Positions 1-11,906 of a stretch of 64,000 nt of DNA are shown here, in pieces. A program made the translations under genes and the position numbers. The stretch covers positions 1,302,001 through 1,366,000 of the forward strand of contig OZ037770.1 in assembly GCA_964035545.1 (NCBI GenBank), written 5' to 3'. Position 1 is the first letter of the stretch, and the number at the start of each line of letters is the position of its first letter. The notes below the pieces were generated by a model, which was not told where the DNA came from, searched no databases, and saw only the letters and a program-made list of their open reading frames with translations. The DNA is from Bugula neritina (Eukaryota; Animalia; Bryozoa).

Positions 1-579
1 CGTACCGCCCACCTCCTCGGATTCGCAACGTCACAATCAACGGAGTCGAGTTCAAACTCAAGTTCTGCTACACTTGTAAAATATTCCGTCCCCCGCGGGC
101 CTCCCACTGCAGTGTCTGTGACAATTGTGTGGGTATGTATTATTCCAGTCATGTGACAGTTGCAACTGCTAGAAGAATGTTTCCAAGCAATTCTTTATGT
201 TTATTATTCAGAGTGAAGGAGTTTTTGAGTCAGTTTTGAAGAAAACGTGCTGTTCTTAGATACATGAACCAGAATCTAACCATTCGGCTGAAAAGACTAG
301 AAGTAGCTAGGAGTAAAGCTTCGGGTTGAATATAGAAATATATTGGATGTAGAAAGATATTGCAACGTTTTAACAATTTATATTTGCAGACAAGTTTGAC
401 CACCACTGTCCTTGGGTGGGCAACTGTGTGGGCCGAAGGAACTATAAATACTTTTACCTGTTTCTAGTATCTCTAACTGTATACTGTGCGTACCTGCTGT
501 CAGTCTCAGTGGCTGCTATAGTGCTCAGTGAGTATCACTGTTATAACTACTACTACTACTACTACTAGTACTACTACTG

Positions 580-617
<38 letters not shown>

Positions 618-3129
618 GCTACTACCTCTACTACTACTACTACTAGTACTACTAGTACTACTACTACTACTACTACTGCTACTACTAGTACTACTACTAC
701 TACTGCTACTACTACTACTACTACTAGTAGTACTAGTACTACCACTACTACTAGTACTAATACTACTACTACTACTACAGCTACTACTACTACTACTACT
801 GCTACTACTACTACTACTACTACTGCTACTACTACTCCTACTACTACTACTACTACTACTATTACTACTACTACTACCACTACTACTACTACTACCACTA
901 CTACTACTACTACTACTGCTACTACTACTACTACTACTACTACTAGTAGTAGTAGTACTACTACTAGTACTACCACTACTACTAGTACTAATACTACTAC
1001 TACTACTGCTACTACTATTGCTACTACTACTACTACTGCTACTACTACTACTGCTACTACTACTACTACTAGTACTACTACTACTACTACTACTAGTACT
1101 ACTACTACTTCTACATCAATTGTGTTGCAGGGTCAAAAGAAGAGTCGTTTGCAGTTGCTATGCAACAAGGTCCACTCAGCCCAGTCGTAGCCTTGGTGGC
1201 CTTCTTCTCCATCTGGTCGGTGGCAGGTCTGGCCGGGTTCCACACGTACCTCACTGCGCTCAACATGACCACCAACGAGGATGTAAGACACCATATCACA
1301 ATCTCATAGAGCTTATAGTAGTATAGTATATATTCACTTTGATATGACTCACTCTGAATATATTCTGCAGATAAAAGGTACTTTCAAGCCGAGCACGGGG
1401 AACCCCTTCTCGGCAGGAAGTTATTTCAGTAACTGCGGAGTCGTAGTCTGTGGTCCCAACCCTCCTTCGCTCATAGACAGACGGGGGTGGGTCTCTGAAC
1501 ACGACATACCCCCCGCACCAGCAGCTTCTGCGTCAGGTTGGCGTCTCTAGGCTATTACATTATACTTTTGGTAATATCTCTTTTCTATTAGTTTATTTTT
1601 TAATGCAATAGAAATTATTTAATTTTGTTGATTTGCCGTTTTAATTACTGGTTTCTTGTCTATTCAGGTACGGTAACTCGAGAGTTTGCCAGCAGTGCAC
1701 CTGGCGCTCACTCTGTCGGTCGGCCTCCTTCCACTATGCAAGTGAGTCAGCACCCCCCTTGTACACCACTAGTTATCCACCCCCTTTATTCACCACTTGT
1801 TATCCAACCCTTTTATACGCCACTAGTCATTCCCCTTTATGTTCTCATAATGATCCACCCCTTGTACAATGTCAGTAGCCACTCTCCTGTTATACATTTA
1901 CTTATACACTCCTCATATATCTTCACTTCTTATTCATCTCCATAAGGTCTATCCACAGCAAACACATATTGAGACGCGTTTGTACGTTACCAGACTGTTC
2001 TGCTCTTTTTCAACCACAACTCTACTCGCAGTTTCACACTTTAAAATGGGTTGTAACCCAATTAACCCATCTTTCCGTTCCATTTAATGTCGTTGCCAGC
2101 TTAGACTTGAAGTTCTTGTAGTCTCAACTGTATCATATATTGTACTAGTCTAACAGGTTTAGATATGTGAAATGTGTAAATAACTGGAGTCGTCTGCTCT
2201 TTGTTTTAGTCTCGTCCAAATACCAGACATTCAGAAGCTTCCAGAATTTCAAATGGACAGAGTAAGTAGACTATATAGCACTCTGCATACTCGCTATCTG
2301 TGTGTGCTATAGCACTCTGCATACTCACTATCTATGTGTGCTATAGCACTATATATACTCACTAACTGTGTGTGTTATAGCACTATATATATATTCACTA
2401 TCTATGTGTGCTATAGCACTCTGTATATTCACTATCTGTGTGTGCTATAGCGCCCTGCATACTCACAACATAGGCGTGCTATAGTACTCTACACATTCAC
2501 TATCTGTGTATGCTACAGCACCTTATATATTCACTATCTATATGTGCTATACTACCCTGCATACTCACTATGTGTGCTATAGCACTCTGCATACTCACTA
2601 TCTGTGTGTGCTATAGCACTATATATATTCACTATCTATGTGTGCTATAGCACTATATATATTCACTATCTATGTGTGCTATAGCACCCTGTATACTCAC
2701 TACATAGGTGTGCTATAGCACTCTACACATTCATTATCTGTTTATGCTATAGCACTATATATATTCACGATCTATATGTGCTATACTACCCTGCATATTC
2801 ACTATCTATGTGTGCTATAGCACCTTATATAGTCGCTATCTATATGTGCTATACTACTCTGTATACTCGCTATCTGCGTATGATATAGTTATTGTCTTAC
2901 TTTCCCTTCTCTTTGTATTGTCTGTTTCAGTGTCGGTGTATAAGACATTTAAAACCATTCCTGATTAGCTGTTGACTTGTTTGTGTTCTCCTAACAGAGT
3001 TGGTTTACTGTTCTCTGTTTGTTGTTAGCTACTCACTCACACCCGCCCAAATACCTTCCTCCAATAGAAAGAGGCCATCAGTCACAATCATCCAATCAGC
3101 ATCAGTTTAACAGAGAGTATTTGACCTGA
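1..3129 (+). CDS. ZDHHC14: DHHC palmitoyltransferase, ZDHHC9/14/18 group (5'-truncated by window edge)
   Basis: Exons 1-132, 390-527, 1131-1282, 1371-1536, 1668-1741, 2210-2261, 3029-3129 join in phase with GT-AG introns. Translation: [55 protein letters not shown] (DHHC-CRD), then TM helices and the TTNED motif. The last three low-complexity exons are less certain. The paralog (14 vs 18 vs 9) is not resolvable by eye. Confidence 0.93.
546..1110. repeat. (ACT)n microsatellite filling a ZDHHC intron
   Basis: About 190 imperfect ACT units inside intron 528-1130. Confidence 0.97.
1752..1930. repeat. Degenerate ~24-bp tandem repeat (CCACCCCCTTTATTCCACCACTTGTTAT-like)
   Basis: Recurrent CACCCC(C)TT..TAC/TAT..CCACT units immediately after the donor at 1742. 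Confidence 0.65.
2272..2890. repeat. ~32-bp minisatellite (CTATAGCACTCTGCATACTCACTATCTGTGTGTG)
   Basis: About 19 diverged tandem copies starting just after the donor at 2262. Confidence 0.92.
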
Positions 3130-3660
3130 CGACCTTCCAGAAGATTCTATGCTCTACTCTATTCTACAGTCTCTATATCTTATGAAATCTAATCAAATAT
3201 TCTATTTTGGCCTCCAAACGAGCAAATTATTCGTAAAATTCACTATAGGGGACAACTCCACAGACGCAATTCTTAGAATAATCTGGAATGTTCAAAGATT
3301 TATAGTCATTTTATTGCTTTAAGCTGTGATAGCTGGTTTCACTCGCAAACTATATGCAGTATTGCTATAATATTTTCATTTTATATTCACTGTAAATTAT
3401 CTGTAATTGAACTAATAATTATATATTTTTATAATTTATGTTTGCTGCACTTTATTTAAGAGGTTTACCTGTATACTTATTACCTAGCTAGATACAAAGT
3501 TTATAATTTGTATGCATTTATTTGAAAGTCCATAATTATTGTTTTCCATTTCTTTCTGTAGATGACACTTTCTGGGTTTTCTTTTGTTTCTGCAGATTTC
3601 ACTGTAATTCACAGCACTGGTCTTTTGACCATTTTGATTATTTTGTTTCGACAAAAGTAC

Positions 3661-3666
3661 AATAAA
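3661..3666 (+). terminator. Candidate polyadenylation signal of the ZDHHC gene
   Basis: AATAAA about 530 nt after the stop, followed by T-rich sequence. Confidence 0.4.
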
Positions 3667-4868
3667 GTTTTTCTATTGCAATTTATAATAAAATTGGAAT
3701 TTTCTTTAAATTAGCATCACACAATCTTGTAGAGTTCCTGTATCATATTTGAGTTTACCAGCATTGTATGGATACAACTCAATAGTTTCATAGCTTATGT
3801 GATGTTGAAGTATTAGAAAATTTTAAAACTGTGATCTGAAAGCATTTGAACACAAAGAGCTATGATTCGTACCTAAAATGTGCATTGTCTGTGACCACTT
3901 CACTAATAGTTTTTAGGGGTAGAGTGCTACCCCCCCCCCCCCCCCCCACTTTCTTCCAAAATGAAATGATATTGTATATTGGCTACAACACCATTTATTA
4001 TATTTTGCTAAGCACTTACAATAAATAAATTTTGAAATGGGTTACTTGCAGCGCAGAGAGAGTGTGTAATAAGAGTAGTAACCTTGAGTTTAGAAAGTTT
4101 TTGTAAACTTAAATGATTCAGGTATGACTTCAAAAGAATTTTACTCAGTTTCAAAGCTAATCTTTGACAAGAAACAGCTAAAATCCTTCAAGAAGATGTT
4201 TTCTATAATTTTCTTATACACCACCTGTTTCTTTATTGTTTGAAAAACTGCTTATAATTCTTAATGGTTCCATTATTTTTATTGATACAAAAATATAATT
4301 TATAAAAAAATATTCATCATACACGTATGATTGAGAAAGAGTATGTAATGATACATCACATATAATACATGCTTACTGAAGAAAAATAGGAGAAAATCTT
4401 TTTTCCAATTCAATCTGAAAGCTTTTGACATGAAGCTGCATCAGTGCATAGTTATCAACAGGACAGCAAGAGGTGAAAACTCCAAATAGACATGATACAA
4501 AATTAATATATAGCAATAATTTTGACCGAAAGCTATGCAGGATAAATGGTAAAGGCAACAAGAAACCATCAAATGATTATGCTATTGAAAGGTAACACTG
4601 CATTCTTATTGGCTGAAACAAAGCATTCTGATTGGTTGAGAATACAAGCCCGAGATTGCACGCTTATATCTTGCAGCAGACGAAATTTGATTCAAATCAC
4701 TTTATACAGTTTGCCGACATGAAATATAGGCAACAATATTAAAACATATGTTTAAGTCATGTGACCAGTGAGGCCTGAGCAATAGTTTGAGTTATATACT
4801 CCTTATAACCATTTGCCTACGGGAGGCCTAGACGCCGCCCGAACTGCAGTTAAATAGGATAGAGTTGG

Positions 4869-5016
4869 AAGCTCAGGCTAAGTTGATTGACATACTCCAT
4901 TATCTGATGAAGGAATTAATACTCAGTTTTCTAAAGAGGTCAAGCTCAGGCTAAGTTGATTGACATACTCCATTATCTGATGAAGGAATTAATACTCAGT
5001 TTTCTAAAGAGGTCAA
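4869..5016. repeat. Perfect 73-bp tandem duplication in the ODF3 3' UTR
   Basis: AAGCTCAGGCTAAGTTGATTGAC...TCTAAAGAGGTC at 4869 and again at 4942. Confidence 0.95.
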
Positions 5017-5021
5017 TGTCG

Positions 5022-8000
5022 CTAGTAAAGGTGAAGGTCGGCAGCGGTTAGCAGAGGAAGTACGTACTGAGAGTGACGAACTCCCATTGAAAACTTAGGA
5101 GCTGTTTTGTTTTTCTCGGGGTTGTAGGATCCGGGCCCCGGCTTCTGCGTCTTGTCTTTTGGTTTAGTTGTGCGGCTACCAAATGAGTAGTGGGGTTGTT
5201 TCCTCCTGTATGAGTCAGTGTTCTGCGTGTTGTAGGCTGTAAGCACAGGATGTTCATTATCTCATGTAAAGTCATACTCGAAATATCAATTGGAAACTTT
5301 ATATAAGTTGAAAAAATTAAATGCTTAGTTTGTGACAAAATTCTTAATCACTACATTAAGATGAAGCTAGAAACTTCACATTGGCACCATTTAGCATATC
5401 AACAAGACATATATACTATTAACGCAATATCAAGGAAAAGATTTTAAACAAATATGCAGTCTTTTTATGTTGTCAATCTATTCACATTTCACATGTTTTA
5501 AACACAGCTCAATTCCAAATTCTTCCTAAAAAGTGAAGTTTTTGTGTTTGACCTACAAAAACAATTAGATCAAAAAATAGACTGAGGTCACAATATAATT
5601 CAATACCTGCGGGTCCGGGGCCTTTTGTAGCGTCGTAGGAATATGAAGTGTGTGCAGGCTTAACAAAGCTCATGTTCCACACTGGCTCGCTCTTATTGAC
5701 GTTGTTCTTGGCTCCCACTATAGCTGGCAGGGTGTAGGCAGTGGAGGCAGGCACCTGTACAATAGTGACAAGAGATATGACACACACTGCTACATAATGT
5801 GACACCTATGTGACACAATGTCATGCTAACCAATGACACGACGCACGAGCACCTGTTCAATAGTGACAAGAGATATGACACACACTGCTACATAATGACA
5901 CCTATGTGACACAGTGTCATGCTAACCAATGACACAACGCACGCGCACCTGTTCAATAGTGACAAGAGATATGACACACACTGCTACATAATGACACCTA
6001 TGTGACACAGTGTCATCCTAACCAATGACACAACACACGAGCGCCTGTTCAATAGTGACAAGAGATATGACACACACACTGCTGCAGAATGAAACATACG
6101 TGACAGTGTCATGCTAACCAATGACAACGCACGAGCACCTGTTCAATAGTGACAAGAGAGATGACACACACTGCTACATAACGACACCTATGTGACACAG
6201 TGTCATGCTAACCAATGACAACACACGAGCGCCTGTTCAATAGTGACAAGAGATATGACACACACTGCTGCAGAATGAAACCTACGTGACAGTGCTGTAA
6301 TGTATATCACAAGATACATGCTAACCAATGTTACAACATGGGCACCTGGTGACAGTAAATGACACATATTACATCACAGATACTAAAATGGCAAATATAT
6401 ACATCATACTCATAGAAACCTGTTCACTAGTGACAAAATAGGCTATGATCTATGATGACATAAAAATGTTTTTCTAATAAATTAAAGTTGTAGCTGAAAT
6501 TAGAACAATACGGTTAAAGTGCTGGTATACAAAAAATATGTCCCTAGTTTTTAGTTTAAATTGGAACCTGATATTCTCCATATTTATTTAAGCATAAAAT
6601 ACTTTTTTAAACCTAAAAGGCAATTAATCAAGATTAAAATCAGTGCTAAAAATGAAACCACAATATACATTATATATAGTATAATTTACCATAATACATA
6701 TTATATAAAAAATATATAATACTTTACATACAAAATATTAAAAAATGTACAAATAATATTTTATCCGAATAAGTATATTATAATGCATCTTAATAATAAT
6801 ATAAATATACATAACTCTCACCTGATCCTTCTTCCTGTATCTTGACCTAGTTCCCATGCTGTACGAAGGTGCAGACGTGAACTGTAGACCTTTAAATGAC
6901 TCACCCTTATAATTAGGTGCGGGAGTTATCATCTTTTCTACAACATAATAAATTATCCAACTTTAAAAATGAGAAACAATAATAACACAACTTAATACTT
7001 TACTGAAAATCTAATCATATTGTTTATTTATAAAACTCTTTCAAGATCTATCCTATAACATATTGAGGTCGAAGGGAGCAGCCGTGGTCTAGGGGTTAGA
7101 GTGCTTGGCTTGGAAAACACAAAGTCGTGGGTTCAAACACCCACAAAAGTCATTAAGGTAATGTTAGGAAAAGCATCCAGTCATAATTGCCCCATAGGAA
7201 TTAATAAGCCCTTAGCCGCCTTTAAAAATTTTCCATCAAGGGTTTAACTTGCAGGTTGCAGGCGACTATAAACTTGCTTGAGTTTCTATAACATATCAAG
7301 TTGTAACTATGATTTTATTATACTTATATAGTATAATATAATATTATTGTTTAATGTTTTATTCATCATTTTTTTTTATACAAGTTGCTGAGTTTATTAT
7401 ACACGACTCATATGTTTGTATAATCTCACTTTGATTGATTGACAGCCACCTGAGACGTGCTTTGAAATTTAGCTAAAGAGTTTATTGAGATAAGAAAGAG
7501 GTTATAACATAAATTATTAATCAGTTATCATCACATTTATGTTCAATAAAAGTTTTTATAAAAATATTTAAATAGCACTTCTCATAAAATCTTAATCCTA
7601 AATTTGTATAGTCTTCCACTCGTTAGAATATGTGGAAGAATAACCCTTAATATAAATGCTGCTCAGTGCATTCAACCTCACAGCTTGTGTAAGTTCTTTC
7701 TAGTATTGATTTCTCACCAAATCAACAGTCACTATTGTGACTGAAATACAAAGAAATTCCACTCTATTGTTCACCCAATCAACAAAACATCAAATTAACT
7801 AACTGAAGACTTCCAACTGATTGACCTTAACTCAATCTAGCGTAAGTTTTCGATAACCGAGTAGATATTTCTATTGTTTTATAGATGCATCTCTCCTGGA
7901 AAAACTATTCAAGACCATGTTTCCGTAGAATAAAGGGTTGCCCTTAGCAACCATGTAAATACCTCGCTCTGTCATCTTAAACTTGTGTAAAAATTACAAC

Positions 8001-11000
8001 TCTAGTTAAATAACCATAAGGATTCCAAAACAAATATTCATTTATACAACAACATTTACTTTTAAAATGTATACAATATTTTAAGCCTTGAGACATGGTC
8101 TTGAAAATGCACTCCTAATAAAATTACATGAGCAAAGTGTATCACTGTTTACTCAATCACCATGGTGACACTTTTATTCAATCACAGTTAAGCAGGCTGT
8201 TAGTATAACTAAATTGTAGTATATATAATGAAGAATTGACTTCACCTGAAGAATTGAATTAAGGCCACTCTGTTTAAAGGAATTATTAAAACTTTTCAAC
8301 AGCCATATTTATTCTATTTTTGTTTCAACACACCCACAAAAATGTAAAACTTCAACATGTTAAGCTAAAGCATGGTATATATAGTATACTATATCCTGAA
8401 TTTGAAATAAAATTTCGAGGAACAATTTTAAAATCAGCCATTTAAATATTTAAGCTGTCGATTGATTATTTGTTACGTATTTTGAACTTAATCGGTTTTA
8501 AATCCAACAAAATCTATAGAACAAATTCCTAGACAACAGAAGTTATCTATAGAAACATTTGTATTCTATAGATTGTTTGTTAGAATATGCAGTAGATAAT
8601 CAGTAAGTTCAACAACATGTAAGTTTAGAATAAACATTTGTAAACAAAACCAGAGTTTCCTGCCTACTACCTTATCAAATACCTAGGACTAATTTTAGGA
8701 GAAAACAATCATTACGTCTCAAAGCTAAACAAAACAAGATGAACTTAAGCTAAACAGAAATTTACGCATCTGCAGTTTAAAAAAGACAGAAATTTGTGAG
8801 TTGAATAGAAATAGCGGTTTTCATAAAATCTTAACATAACTTTGGAGAAGGTACTTGGATGAAGTTATGTTATATAAGTTATAAAGCTACCAGAAGCTAC
8901 TTTTATTGTTGCAGTGTTGAGTTTACCCAGTGGGCCCCGTGGTGTAATGGTTAGCACACTTGCTTGCAACCTGGAAGTCTTGGGTTCGAATCCCAGTGGG
9001 GGTAAAATTATTTTACGAATGTTATATCTAAACTAGCAATAAAATCTAATTTTCAGAGGTTGCACGTGTGTATAACATTCTTATAAATATGCTTATATAT
9101 ATTTATAATACATCGATGCAATATATTAATGAAATTAGATTCAATATCATTAAGCGGTATACTTCAACTTCGTACTGAGAATGAAGGACTATATACAGCC
9201 ATCGATCTAGGTGGGAAAGAGAGAAATACATAACTACACCTTATACTACATACATGCAGCAAGTTAATGTATTCAAAATGAAAAATGCTGCTTAACTTAA
9301 TTGCTATTAGCAATTGATAATATTAAACTAACTCTCTATAGCTAGTTTCTAATATCTAAAATTAGAAATATTATTAAAATAACACATGCATGACAAGTTC
9401 TGAGAGTAACATAAAAAAACACTCACTAGGCTGATAGAAGTTGCGTCCCTTGACTGTGACAGCAGGTAGTTTATTGTCCCCGGGAACGTAGGCCGGGGCG
9501 GGGGCGTCATTGTACTGAGTCTTCAGTGGCAGACGGATAGAAAATTCCGGAGCCTTTTGTTTATTCGCTGCAGTACTGGGACCCACCACAGAGGGAAGTA
9601 GATATGTGCCAGGCCCAGGACCTGTAGGGAAACAGAATGATTGTATTATATCAGTTGGTACAATAGATACTAATTAAAATAGTGAGAGAATTTTGTTTTG
9701 AAAATAGTCAAAATGGAAAATGATTTGGAGTCCTGGTCTTAGTTTATTACTTATAAATTTGTTCAAGGTTTATCAGCAGCGTTCCACATTCACACCTAGT
9801 TCCTTAGACTAAGGGTAGAGCAAACTTATGTATAATTTAGGAGCAACATTTGGGAAAAAATATTCAATACTGCTTTATAAAGAGCTTAGTTGCAGAACAT
9901 CTGTCAATGATACTTAAATATTTTGATTTATTTAACCAAAATTGTGTATGAATACTCCACAAGTGATAATAAATTAGCAAATTTTAGATGCATCTTATAA
10001 AGAAATTGTCCTTCACACATGCAAACTTCTACCTTTACAGGGACACACAGAAGTTTCAGTTAGAGCAAGTGACAAGAACAGGTATAACGTAGCCACAAGT
10101 TCACGCTGGCACTTTGCCAACGGTAACTGCCCTGCAGGCCACGTGGGTGAAGCTAACGTCCTGTGATGCACTTCTAATCGATACGGATTGAGTGAAATGA
10201 AAGCCGAATCTTTTCAATTCAATTAACAATCACAGTGTGGTTTACCGGGGCTAAATAATCACTTAATCAAAGCATTGCCTGTGTATTGATATTCTATAGG
10301 CAAATAGAAATCTTCACAAACATCATGTATGAATATAATGATGTAATGTTTATACTGACGGCTTGTGGTAGATAGAGCTTCGCCGAGGCAAAGAAAAGAA
10401 GATAAACAATTTTCCAATGAGGATTAGCTAATCTTTGTTGATAAAAATATGAAATAATTCTGTATTTTAAAGTAGGTACGTAGCAAGAACTTTTAGACTT
10501 TATTAAAACAAATGCTCCCAAGAGTTTGAAGGTTATAGGTATATAGGCTAACATTATATGAAAAACTAAACTATTTTTTGTCTGTCAGAAGCAGTTTGAA
10601 AACTGCCTCAAAGCTGTCAAATAATTAATGTGACAATCTAGAAAATAGTTTCAATGAGTTGATCAATAAAAGTTATGATTAGAATTTTCAAGCATTTCCC
10701 GATTTCTAAAACTGTTGTGAATATTACCTTTATTTAGCATAAGACAAGAAACTTGCCTAAAATGTCGCTTATCAGCTTATGCTTCACAAAATTTGTTAAA
10801 ATGAAATATCAGAAACAAAATTTGCATCTACAGAATAAAACCTTGTGCTAGTGTTTATGTAACGTCTAATTCGACACCGAAGAATAAATAATAGCACAGG
10901 CAATGAATTAAGATATTCACATGAGAAATAAAATTAATAAAATATCGCCAAAGTTTAATAAGTTTGTGTCTGAAGAGCCACATATGAATTTCAATTTTAG

Positions 11001-11516
11001 ATTATTTTACTTATAAGAAATTAGTGCTTACTATTGGTTACCATGGTTACTTTAAACAAAACAGAACAGTAGGTATACAAATTATAACTTAAATGCAATG
11101 CAAAGAACTACCACATATTTTTTCTAAAGAAGGTTTTACAAAATGTTGATTAAATCTCTTACAATTACAACTTGCTTTATTTAAATTGTTCATGAACTTT
11201 TCAAATAGGTATGAAGTTTCGTACTTATACAGAAAAAGTATTTACTATTGGTAACCATAGTTACTGTAAGCTAAACAATCATTCCAATCTAATATTTACA
11301 AAAAACTGTTTCTACCATTCCTAGTGTTTTGTATAGAAAGTATATTTTACAAAATGTTCGTTAAAATCATGTCAATTAAAAGTGATTTTATTCAAACTGT
11401 TTAACAAACTTTTCAAAATTGAAGTTTTGTGTAAGCAATTTAAACACTGCTGCCAACATACCAGTTTCTGCTGCCGCAACTCTGATCACAGGCTTGTTTT
11501 CTGCTAACGGCGCCAT
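5022..11516 (-). CDS. ODF3: Outer dense fiber protein 3 / SHIPPO-1 family (CIMAP1) ciliary/sperm-tail protein, 242 aa
   Basis: Exons 11516-11462, 9621-9427, 6937-6822, 5754-5607, 5236-5022 sum to 729 nt in phase. Repeated PGP motifs (GPGPGTY, GPGPAAY, PGPGSY), APxYS/FS-MG motifs and C-terminal FSMGVRHSQY. A 5'-UTR intron lies at 11526-11674. Confidence 0.92.
5751..6300. repeat. 94-98-bp minisatellite containing copies of the ODF3 exon-4 splice acceptor
   Basis: Units start at 5751, 5849, 5945, 6041, 6135 and 6229 (GCACCTGT[A/T]CAATAGTGACAAGAGATATGACACAC...). Confidence 0.92.
7074..7285 (+). mobile_element. tRNA-derived SINE, family 1
   Basis: Head GGGAGCAGCCGTGGTCTAGGGGTTAGA (A box) and GGGTTCAAA (B box); body TAGGAAAAGCATCCAGTCATAATTGC; tail ACTATAAACTTGC. 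Homologous to 27727-27943 and 38811-39009. Confidence 0.85.
7937..7951. promoter_or_regulatory. X-box-like RFX site in an ODF3 intron
   Basis: GTTGCCCTTAGCAAC resembles GTNRCC-N(0-3)-RGYAAC. Confidence 0.4.
8908..9014 (+). mobile_element. Short tRNA-like SINE, family 2
   Basis: GAGTTTACCCAGT leader, TGGTGTAATGGTTAGCAC A box, GGGTTCGAATCCC B box, AAAATTATTTT end. Anticodon and acceptor stems are imperfect. Several copies occur in the window. Confidence 0.8.
11037..11050. promoter_or_regulatory. X-box-like RFX site, ODF3 first coding intron (copy 1)
   Basis: GTTACCATGGTTAC (reverse complement GTAACCATGGTAAC). Confidence 0.5.
11251..11264. promoter_or_regulatory. X-box-like RFX site, ODF3 first coding intron (copy 2)
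   Basis: GTAACCATAGTTAC at the equivalent position of a diverged ~214-bp duplicate. Confidence 0.35.
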
Positions 11517-11893
11517 GATTTACTCCTATTCAACAAGAAAATTAAAGTCAGCGACAGAAGTGAAAGAATGAAGTACAAAAACCCAACTGCATTCAGCTTT
11601 CAGTCACACTAGATAATATAGCTGTGAGTCGTTGCCAACAAATACAAACATTTCCCACGAGAAATTTCACATACCTAGTCTGAGCTCCGTAGTCAACTGA
11701 AAGATTATTGGGGGGTGGGAAGGGAGACACCCGATCTGTACTCAGCGATTATCTGAAGATGAGTTGCCAAGTGCAGATGGTGCTCTCAGTAAATTCACAC
11801 TTTATCAATAGTTGATGAGCATTTACTCTTATACAAAAGAGATAAGATAATGGGCAGATGAGAGGCATTCTCTGAATGAACCCTTGCGGATGG

Positions 11894-11906
11894 GTTGCTA
11901 GGTAAC
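11894..11906. promoter_or_regulatory. RFX X-box in the ODF3 promoter
   Basis: GTTGCTAGGTAAC just upstream of the inferred 5'-UTR exon (donor at 11674) of a ciliary gene. Confidence 0.7.

Noticed and set aside
506-1326. Poly-Thr, poly-Val and poly-Leu ORFs (mucin-like)
   Set aside because: Translations of an intronic (ACT)n microsatellite bounded by GT-AG sites that join DHHC exons in frame
2272-6300. CRISPR-like regularly spaced repeats
   Set aside because: Eukaryotic introns; units are contiguous tandem copies with no unique spacers and no cas genes
8933-9004. Possible functional tRNA gene (TGC anticodon)
   Set aside because: Acceptor and anticodon stems are mispaired, and multiple diverged copies share flanks, so it is treated as a SINE-like repeat
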